This document shows positions 1-6,802 of a stretch of DNA of 46,124 bases, piece after piece. Under the pieces are notes generated by a model. It worked only from the letters and a program-made list of their open reading frames with translations, was not told the origin of the DNA and did not search any database. Within the stretch, counting starts at the first letter, position 1, and the number at the start of each line of letters is the position of its first letter. The stretch comes from Bacteroidota bacterium (GTDB lineage Bacteria; Bacteroidota; Bacteroidia; Flavobacteriales_D; JABDKJ01), in the NCBI GenBank assembly GCA_024279715.1, contig JAJRRH010000108.1:1-46124 (forward strand). The letters are read 5' to 3'. A program made the position numbers and the translations under genes.

Positions 1-158
1 GAAGAACCATACGCTATTATCTCCTCAGAATCTACCACTACATTTGTATATCCTTCATTAACCACACCAGGTTCGCCTATCACATGTTCCCAATAAGTGT
101 ATTGTGCCGAGTATAATCTCGGCACAATACACATTAGTATTATTATTATTCCTCGCAT
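1..158 (-). CDS. Secreted protein, 5' part only (runs off the window); probable partner of the upstream T9SS cargo gene
   Basis: Not in the ORF track. ATG at 158 lies directly after the stop of 160..936. The frame is open to the window edge: MRGIIIILMCIVPRLYSAQYTYWEHVIGEPG..., a signal peptide ending in the Bacteroidota A|Q motif. Confidence 0.75.
   Translation of the reverse strand, partial: MRGIIIILMCIVPRLYSAQYTYWEHVIGEPGVVNEGYTNVVVDSEEIIAYGS
97..132. repeat. Perfect 15-bp inverted repeat with a 6-nt loop, inside signal-peptide coding sequence
   Basis: GTGTATTGTGCCGAG (97-111), TATAAT, CTCGGCACAATACAC (118-132). Confidence 0.95.
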
Positions 159-159
159 T

Positions 160-936
160 TTACTTTTGTATTTCTACCGGATTACTGAAGATGACAATCC
201 CTGATTGTTTGATCACTAACTGATAGGTACCTGGAATAATATTTCGCAAATCCAACATCATGGTTTTATCTTGTGATAATTCTTGTGTCATTACTATTGA
301 TCCTTTGCTATCTATCAGCCAAGCGATTCTATTTTCAACAGCATCAGCTCCTTGAATCATCAAATAATCTGAGGTTGGATTGGGATAGATTTTCCATTCT
401 GATTTTTCAGCCAATGGCTTGTATGTTCTTTCAGGGCTATAAGATTTGTCCTCTATGAACTCTGGAATGTATTCCACATGGTCATAGTCTCCAAATCTGA
501 TCATCATTGCGAGCGCCAAACCATCCGCATTGTTGTTGAGTTTTTCACGGATAGAAACCAAGGCAATATAATCTTCATCACTCAGTGTCGCGTCACCTTC
601 ATACAATGATATAAGTATAGAATAACAAATCATATTATCTTGATATTCTTCCATTTCTTTATCGGATAATTCAAAGTTTGTTGCTATTGAATTAAGCCAA
701 CTGTTGGCTGCAGAAAAATCTTGTTTTGCTATGCATAAGTCTGCCAAAGCGTAATGATCAGACACACTCATTCTGCCGTCTAAAAAACTTACAACACTAT
801 ACAATCTATCATTTTCATATTGCGAGCCTATTGAAGCAAATTTCAGCGTAGCGTAATTCAAACTTAATTGGGCTCCGTTTTGCACTACAATATTCTGTCC
901 GAATGTGGTGGTCAAGTTAATATTATTTCCGCTCAA
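160..936 (-). CDS. T9SS type A sorting domain-containing protein, N-terminally disrupted (probable pseudogene or phase-off gene whose real start is ATG 1086)
   Basis: The C-terminal WKIYPNPTSDYLMI...PGTYQLVI...VEIQK is a typical T9SS CTD. There is no in-frame signal peptide. The frame stays open upstream to TAA 1047-1045, and a promoter plus ATG lie further upstream. Confidence 0.8.
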   Translation of the reverse strand: MSGNNINLTTTFGQNIVVQNGAQLSLNYATLKFASIGSQYENDRLYSVVSFLDGRMSVSDHYALADLCIAKQDFSAANSWLNSIATNFELSDKEMEEYQDNMICYSILISLYEGDATLSDEDYIALVSIREKLNNNADGLALAMMIRFGDYDHVEYIPEFIEDKSYSPERTYKPLAEKSEWKIYPNPTSDYLMIQGADAVENRIAWLIDSKGSIVMTQELSQDKTMMLDLRNIIPGTYQLVIKQSGIVIFSNPVEIQK

Positions 937-1049
937 TGTGTTACTTATAGCAACATCATTTGCTGTGCTAACTATTACCGTATTTGGATAATCAAATGAA
1001 AAACAATGAAAAAAAGAACATGTGAATCCAAATTTTCGGTCTAATTAAT

Positions 1050-1075
1050 TGTTTGGTGTTTGGTGTTTGGTGTTT
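1050..1075. repeat. Heptamer simple sequence repeat (TGTTTGG)x3.7
   Basis: TGTTTGG TGTTTGG TGTTTGG TGTTT, lying just downstream of ATG 1086 on the minus strand. Confidence 0.95.
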
Positions 1076-1146
1076 AAGATTTTCATATTTATTAGATTTA
1101 TTAGATTTATGTCTCGATTTCGAAACGATTATTACTGATTTTGAGC

Positions 1147-1178
1147 CAAATATAATTATATTTTTCATCTCCACCAAA
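1147..1178 (-). promoter_or_regulatory. Bacteroidota primary-sigma promoter for the T9SS cargo gene
   Basis: Minus strand TTTG (1178-1175), N20, TATATTTG (1154-1147): matches the -33/-7 consensus TTTG-N19-21-TAnnTTTG. Confidence 0.7.
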
Positions 1179-1282
1179 TATTCACCCTCTTACCTTATTC
1201 ATTTCAAGGAGAAATGAAAACCTCCCCTCAATCCAGTTTCTCATTTCTATCAACAAAGCTCATTCCCGCTGGCTATGCCTCC

Positions 1283-1349
1283 TTTTGTGAAGTAAACTAC
1301 TGGTTACATTGATCTTTTCTGTAGCCTCCTGCATGTTTGTGGACTGGCA
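1283..1349. repeat. Left copy of a bipartite direct repeat flanking the tandem array
   Basis: TTTTGTGAAGTAAACTACT (1283-1301) is identical to 2945-2963. TGTAGCCTCCTgCATgTTTGtGGACtGGCA (1320-1349) matches 2991-3020 at 26/30. Confidence 0.9.
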
Positions 1350-1443
1350 CTTTGTTTGTGTTTTACTTTTTTTCTTTATCCTTTTTTTTATGTGGGTTTT
1401 TTGTCCTTTTTATATCCTTTTTATGTCCTTTTTTTTGCCAATA

Positions 1444-1458
1444 CTTCGACAGGCTCAG
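1444..1458. repeat. CTTCGACAGGCTCAG REP-like mini-element, apparently inserted into the hairpin of the first repeat copy
   Basis: Present only in copy 1, between TTTTTTGCC and CAAAAAAAGAAC, where copies 2 and 3 have an uninterrupted hairpin. I recall the motif as a dispersed Bacteroidota repeat. Confidence 0.6.
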
Positions 1459-1487
1459 CAGAACAAAAAAAGAACGAAAAAAATTGG

Positions 1488-2675
1488 CAACCGTCACCAA
1501 ATCCTTCGTTTAAATTTGTCTTTCCATTCTTGATTCTACCCTATGCGATAATCGTTTGTCTTTCTATTGATGTTTTGTCGTTATTGTGTCACTACGGGAT
1601 TTCGCACTGACGCTTGAGCTCCACACACCGCTTCTTTGTGGCGGAGTTTGATTGATTTGTTACTAGGTGGGGTGATTATGTATTATGAATCATCCTCTTG
1701 CTCCTTCGTTGATTCGAAGCCGTGTTGGGGATTCCTTTAGGGAGTGTCGGTAGCTTGTGGGTGGATAGGGTGTGTGTATGTCAATCGTGAAATGCTTAAA
1801 TGACGCGTGTTTCTTTGGCTAAAGCAACAAACAAAGCGTCATTTCGATGGAGGTACGACTGAGAAATCTGTTTGAAGGTTCGCAGAATACTTTGTGCTAA
1901 TCCCCCCTTCAATAATATTTTCAATATACATGTGGCTCTCAAAACTTTATACTTTTTTCTTCTGTTCGTTTTTTGTTTGCCCAAAAAAGAACCAAAAAAA
2001 GGCCCAACCGTCACCAAATCCTTCGTTTAAATTTGTCTTTCCATTCTTGATTCTGCCCTATGCGATAATCGTTTGTCTTTCTATTGATGTTTTGTCGTCA
2101 TTGTGGCACTACGGGATTTCGCACTGACGCTTGAGCTCCACACACCGCTTCTTTGTGGCGGAGTTTGATTGATTTGTTGCTAGGTGGGGTGATTATGTAT
2201 TATGAATCATCCTCTTGCTCCTTCGTTGATTCGAAGCCGTGTTGGGGATTCCTTTAGGGAGTGTCGGTAGCTTGTGGGTGGATAGGGTGTGTGTGGGTCA
2301 ACCGTGTAATGCTTAAATGACGTGTGTTTCTTTGGCTAAAGCAACAAACAAAGCGTCATTTCGATGGAGGTACGACTGAGAAATCTGTTTGAAGGTTCGC
2401 AGAATACTTTGTGCTAACCCCCCCTTCAATAATATTTTCAATATACTTGTGGCTCTCAAAACTTTATACTTTTTTCTTCTGTTCGTTTTTTGTTTGCCCA
2501 AAAAAGAACCAAAAAAAGGCCCAACCGTCACCAAATCCTTCGTTTAAATTTGTCTTTCCATTCTTGATTCTGCCCTATGCGTTAATCGTTTGTCTTTCTA
2601 TTGATGTTTTGTCGTTATTGGGTCACTGCGGGATTTCGCGCTGACGCTTGACCTCAGCCCACCGCTTCTTTGTGG
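1488..2675. repeat. 517-bp non-coding tandem repeat, about 2.3 copies
   Basis: CAACCGTCACCAAATCC starts at 1488, 2005 and 2522, and CCGCTTCTTTGTGG ends at 1641, 2158 and 2675. I counted 11 substitutions between copies 1 and 2. Confidence 0.97.
1838..1869. repeat. GTCATTTCGA...GAGAAATCT REP-like half element (second copy 2355-2386)
   Basis: GTCATTTCGATGGAGGTACGACTGAGAAATCT, preceded by the inverted partner AAATGACGC (1798-1806) that pairs with GCGTCATTT (1836-1844). It resembles GTCA-type palindromic repeats of Bacteroidota (from recall). Confidence 0.55.
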
Positions 2676-2684
2676 ATGTTTTCT

Positions 2685-2708
2685 TTGGATTGTTGGATTG
2701 TTGGATTG
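2685..2708. repeat. Octamer tandem repeat (TTGGATTG)x3
   Basis: Read directly from the sequence; it follows the third repeat copy. Confidence 0.9.
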
Positions 2709-2944
2709 TGGGTCTTATTTGACTGGTGGTATATTTTGCTTTTCTTGTTCTTTGTGGACTGGTATTTTTGTTTGTGTTTGTTCGTATTAATACAGGAAGG
2801 AAGTACTACTGCTTAAAGCCACCAACACAGAGGGACATTGAGCATGTAGCGTATGACTCTATCGAAATATACTCGGATTTATAATACATTTTGCAATGTA
2901 TTCTGACGGTTTGGCAAAGCTCGTTAGTGGTGCGGTATCTGTCA

Positions 2945-3020
2945 TTTTGTGAAGTAAACTACTAGCGCCTTATTCAATCTTGATGTTATATGTAGCCTCC
3001 TTCATCTTTGCGGACAGGCA
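2945..3020. repeat. Right copy of the bipartite direct repeat flanking the tandem array
   Basis: Matches 1283-1349. The spacer between the two blocks is 27 nt here versus 18 nt in the left copy. Confidence 0.9.
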
Positions 3021-3046
3021 TAATCCCTTATTTACATTCTAGTATC

Positions 3047-3078
3047 TTTGCGAGGATTAAAGAAATAATCTATTTTTG
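3047..3078 (+). promoter_or_regulatory. Primary-sigma promoter of alaS
   Basis: TTTG (3047-3050), N20, TATTTTTG (3071-3078). Confidence 0.7.
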
Positions 3079-3116
3079 CCAATCACTGATTAACTTCAAT
3101 TAACAGATAGAAAAAC

Positions 3117-5729
3117 ATGATGACTAGTTTCCAGATTCGCCAAGCATATCTAGATTTTTTTAAATCCAAAGGACATGAAATAGTCATCTCCGCTCCAATG
3201 GTCACGAAAGACGACCCTACTTTGATGTTCACAAATGCTGGCATGAATCAATTTAAGGATCTCATACTAGGCAATAGCCCTATAAAATATTCTCGTATAT
3301 CCAACAGTCAAAAATGCTTGCGAGTATCGGGCAAGCATAATGATCTCGAAGAAGTAGGAGTGGACACTTATCATCACACCATGTTTGAGATGTTGGGAAA
3401 TTGGTCTTTTGGAGATTATTTTAAGAAAGAGGCCATTGAATGGGCATGGGAGCTACTGGTTGATGTGTACAAAGTGGATCCAGACAAGCTCTACGTAACC
3501 ATATTTGAAGGGGACAAAGAAGATGGAACGGAATTAGACCAAGAAGCGTATGATTATTGGAAAGAGATATTGCCCGAAGACAGAATACTCAAGGCCAATA
3601 AAAAGGACAACTTTTGGGAAATGGGGGAAGCAGGCCCATGTGGTCCATGCTCGGAGATACACGTGGATCTACGATCTGATGAAGATCGAAAAAAAATTAA
3701 TGGTGCTACCTTGGTGAATATGGATGATCCATTGGTTATTGAAATTTGGAACCTTGTATTCATGCAGTACAACCGCATGGCGGACGGTAGCCTAGTAAAG
3801 CTCCCTAAGACCCATATCGATACAGGAATGGGTTTTGAAAGATTATGCACGGTACTTCAAGACAAAAAATCGAATTATGATACCGATGTTTTTACGCCTT
3901 TAATCCAAAAATTAGAAGAGGTCACTGGCAAAAAATATACTGCTACGGATTCAAAAAAGGATATTGCCATACGAGTGATAGTAGATCATATCCGTGCCGT
4001 ATCATTCTCTATTGCCGACGGACAGCTTCCTGCGAGTGGCGGTGCTGGGTATGTCATTAGGAGAATCTTGAGAAGAGCAATACGTTATGCGTACAGCTTC
4101 TTGGGGCAAAAAGAGCCTTATATTTATCAACTTGTGGAAGTTTTGGCGAAGGAAATGGGCAAGCATTTTACGGAATTGTCAGATCAAAAAGATTTGATTG
4201 CCAAAATAATTAAAGAGGAGGAATCTTCCTTTTTGCGAACATTAGCAAAAGGCATTAATCGATTAAAAGACATTGTAAAAGAAAGGCAAAGTGATGTCAT
4301 CCGTGGTGAAAAAGTTTTTGAACTATACGACACGTATGGTTTTCCAATTGACCTTACTGCATTAATCCTTAGTGAAGAAGGACTTTCTTTGGACAAAGTA
4401 GGGTTTGAAGAAGAACTTACAAAGCAAAAGTCGAGATCAAAAAAAGACGCTGAAATGACCACTAGCGATTGGGTCGTTTTAAAAGAAGATGAAGTAGAAG
4501 AATTCATCGGTTATGACCAATTGTCCACCAAATTAAGAATCACTCGTTATCGAAAAATAGTACAAAAAGGCAAGGGCTCGTATCAGTTGGTTTTTAACTA
4601 CACGCCGTTTTACCCCGAAGGTGGTGGGCAAGTGGGAGACACAGGCTATATATCCGATGGAGAAAAGAAATATATAATTAAAGACACGAAGAAAGAGAAC
4701 AATTTGATACTCCACTTTTGTGACAAATTCCCTGCCAATCCGTCGGTAGAATTCGAAGCTGTAGTGGACGTGAATAAAAGGAAGTCCACTGAAAAAAACC
4801 ACTCCACTACTCACCTGCTTCATCATGTTCTTAGAGATTCTCTCGGCACTCACATTCAACAGAAAGGTTCTTTGGTAAAGGATGATTATTTACGATTTGA
4901 TTTTTCGCATTTTGAAAAGATAAGTGATGATAATATTCGGAAAATTGAATCGGATATCAATGCTATGATTCGTGCGAATATGCCCCTAGAAGAGAAAAGA
5001 AATACGCCATTAAATGAAGCGAAAGAAATGGGAGCAATGGCTCTTTTTGGTGAAAAATATGGCGATACAGTTCGGGTGATAAAATTTGGTGAATCGGTAG
5101 AGCTTTGTGGTGGATGTCATGTGAAATCCACTGGAGAGATAGGTACTGTACGCATCATATCTGAGAGTGCTGTAGCTTCAGGAATCAGAAGAATAGAGGC
5201 GATATCTGGCGAAAAAGCCATGGAGAGTATTCACGAAGATACCATGGTATTGAAAGAAATAAAAAGCTTGCTTAAAAATCCAAAAAGTCTTTCTAAGAGT
5301 ATTCAAGACTTAATAGAATCCAATCGGGAACTTACCCGTAAACTCGAACAAGCAGGCAGAGCATCGGCGGTAAATCTAAAACAAGAATTGATGGATAAAA
5401 TAATATCCGTCAACGGGATGAATTTTTTGAGTGAAAAAGTTGATCTGGATACCAAATCATTAAAAGATCTTGTCTTTCAATTGAAGAATGAGACCAAGGG
5501 TTTGCTCTTGGTTTTGGCCAATGAAGCGGACGGAAAAGTAGGGATGACTGTTGCTTTGTCAGACGACCTTATTAAAGACAAGAAGATGGATGCGGGTAAT
5601 ATCATACGTCACATATCCAAAGCGATCCATGGTGGTGGTGGTGGACAACCCTTCTATGCAACCGCCGGGGGTAGAAATCCAGACGGAATTCAAGAAGCAT
5701 TTGACAAAGCGAAAGCATTATTGGGATAA
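3117..5729 (+). CDS. alaS: Alanine--tRNA ligase
   Basis: 870 aa with DPTLMFTNAGMNQFK, HHTMFEMLGNWSFGDYFK, editing HxxxH and ELCGGCH motifs, and C-Ala GGGGG. Confidence 0.99.
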   Translation: MMTSFQIRQAYLDFFKSKGHEIVISAPMVTKDDPTLMFTNAGMNQFKDLILGNSPIKYSRISNSQKCLRVSGKHNDLEEVGVDTYHHTMFEMLGNWSFGDYFKKEAIEWAWELLVDVYKVDPDKLYVTIFEGDKEDGTELDQEAYDYWKEILPEDRILKANKKDNFWEMGEAGPCGPCSEIHVDLRSDEDRKKINGATLVNMDDPLVIEIWNLVFMQYNRMADGSLVKLPKTHIDTGMGFERLCTVLQDKKSNYDTDVFTPLIQKLEEVTGKKYTATDSKKDIAIRVIVDHIRAVSFSIADGQLPASGGAGYVIRRILRRAIRYAYSFLGQKEPYIYQLVEVLAKEMGKHFTELSDQKDLIAKIIKEEESSFLRTLAKGINRLKDIVKERQSDVIRGEKVFELYDTYGFPIDLTALILSEEGLSLDKVGFEEELTKQKSRSKKDAEMTTSDWVVLKEDEVEEFIGYDQLSTKLRITRYRKIVQKGKGSYQLVFNYTPFYPEGGGQVGDTGYISDGEKKYIIKDTKKENNLILHFCDKFPANPSVEFEAVVDVNKRKSTEKNHSTTHLLHHVLRDSLGTHIQQKGSLVKDDYLRFDFSHFEKISDDNIRKIESDINAMIRANMPLEEKRNTPLNEAKEMGAMALFGEKYGDTVRVIKFGESVELCGGCHVKSTGEIGTVRIISESAVASGIRRIEAISGEKAMESIHEDTMVLKEIKSLLKNPKSLSKSIQDLIESNRELTRKLEQAGRASAVNLKQELMDKIISVNGMNFLSEKVDLDTKSLKDLVFQLKNETKGLLLVLANEADGKVGMTVALSDDLIKDKKMDAGNIIRHISKAIHGGGGGQPFYATAGGRNPDGIQEAFDKAKALLG

Positions 5730-5762
5730 AAAAAATAGACGACCTTTTCAGGTCGCCTATTT
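5728..5762. terminator. Intrinsic terminator between convergent alaS and the DUF5684 gene (stronger on the minus strand)
   Basis: Minus strand AAATAGGCGACCT-GAAA-AGGTCGTCTATTT followed by a T-run. Confidence 0.8.
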
Positions 5763-5789
5763 AAGTTAATAACCGTTGTTAGGTTGTTA

Positions 5790-6335
5790 TTATGCGTATG
5801 CTTTAGTGTCTTCCAGTTCTGCTTTAACATTGTAAGAAGGCCCTTTGTAATCAATTTCATAGTCTAATCCCATGTACATGATGTACACTAAGCTAAGTCC
5901 TGTTATCAATACATAGTCGATTACTGTATTTCTTCCGTATGAGTTACATAAGTCAATTTGTACTCTAACTAAGAATACGACAAATGCGAAGGCTGAAACA
6001 CTAAAAACAATTAGTGATGCAGCTGACCCTTCCATTGCTGCTAATCCATTGGATGCTATATTAGCAAGGTTAGCGCCATCAACGGCAAGCGTTCCAATCA
6101 TTGCCAGTGATGGTATAATCAAAAGTAAACTGTGCCATGTAGGACGACCTACAATTTTCATTAGACCAACAAAATTTAGAATCGGTACCAAGGATTGTGC
6201 TCCTGTTAGACCAGCTTTTGCATATAGTCTCCATAATCCTACGATGAGGATGATTGAGATAAATGGTATTGAAATCCACGCCGATCTCCCGAACGTATTA
6301 ATCATGAATTCATTTATTATTGTAAAAAACTCCAT
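5790..6335 (-). CDS. DUF5684-like membrane protein
   Basis: LWRLYAKAG...LVPILNF..LMKIVGRPTW pattern, several TM segments, and a C-terminal Y.GP. Confidence 0.8.
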   Translation of the reverse strand: MEFFTIINEFMINTFGRSAWISIPFISIILIVGLWRLYAKAGLTGAQSLVPILNFVGLMKIVGRPTWHSLLLIIPSLAMIGTLAVDGANLANIASNGLAAMEGSAASLIVFSVSAFAFVVFLVRVQIDLCNSYGRNTVIDYVLITGLSLVYIMYMGLDYEIDYKGPSYNVKAELEDTKAYA

Positions 6336-6359
6336 AAGATTTGTATTTGTGTTTGTATA

Positions 6360-6387
6360 TTAGACGTGAAAAAGTGTGTAAGGTTGC
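6360..6387 (-). promoter_or_regulatory. ECF sigma-factor promoter upstream of the DUF5684 gene
   Basis: Minus strand GCAAC-N16-CGTCTAA (the AAC/CGT ECF consensus), about 25 nt before the ATG. Confidence 0.7.
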
Positions 6388-6583
6388 CTTTTTACCGATA
6401 AAAACACGATATACATAGACCAATACCCCCCCGAAATCTATGGGTATTTGTCAAGTATTATTTTTATCTATCTGAATATCAATGAATTTAAAGAGTTCGA
6501 TTATTGCTTTGCTAATTGTTAAAAAAACACAAAAAATTTATCTTTAATTATTTAAATATTAGACAATTATTAATTATTGGACA

Positions 6584-6608
6584 CGAAAAAGGGGGTAAAC
6601 ACCCCCTT
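6584..6608 (-). terminator. Intrinsic terminator of the fad operon, about 195 nt after the stop codon
   Basis: AAGGGGGT-GTTT-ACCCCCTT stem followed by a T-run on the minus strand. Confidence 0.7.
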
Positions 6609-6802
6609 AATCCGCATTATTCACCGACATTCTATTGTATAAAACAGATTAAACTGTTATAGCCCTTTGTTTTAACTCGAATTATGCATTGGGATTCTGC
6701 TATGAGAGTTCAAACCACATAATTACACCTATATGATATGTTTAAGAATCCTTATTTTGTCTTGCTAGATTTCTATGACTGTTTTCTAATACCTAACATG
6801 GG

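Noticed and set aside
992..1177. 61-aa ORF as an independent gene
   Set aside because: Its TTG start lies within the promoter. It is better explained as the out-of-frame signal-peptide segment of the T9SS gene.
1198..1248. Two mutually exclusive hairpins sharing GAAATGAA upstream of the T9SS gene promoter
   Set aside because: They lie upstream of the predicted TSS and are AT-rich; there is no evidence for a switch.
1309..2644. Short ORFs in the repeat region (1309-1533, 1356-1610, 1796-2017, 1894-2127, 2313-2534, 2411-2644)
   Set aside because: They have non-ATG starts and Phe/Lys-rich low complexity dictated by T/A tracts and hairpins. They recur only because the DNA is repeated, so they are most likely non-coding. 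A toxin-like peptide cannot be fully excluded.
1488..2675. CRISPR array or DGR template/variable repeat
   Set aside because: Units are 517 bp with near-identical linkers rather than unique spacers. Substitutions are not adenine-specific on one strand. There is no cas or reverse transcriptase gene in the window.
1283..3020. Autonomous IS element or prophage att-bounded island
   Set aside because: No transposase or integrase ORF, no terminal inverted repeats, and no tRNA target.
2790..3116. T-box or riboswitch leader upstream of alaS
   Set aside because: No T-box motif or terminator/antiterminator, and the promoter sits only ~40 nt from the start codon.
6421..6490. AATACCC...GGGTATT inverted repeat and TATCTATCTGAATATCAATGAATTTA quasi-palindrome
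   Set aside because: These could be protein-binding sites, but they are short, imperfect and in AT-rich DNA; not supportable without comparative data.
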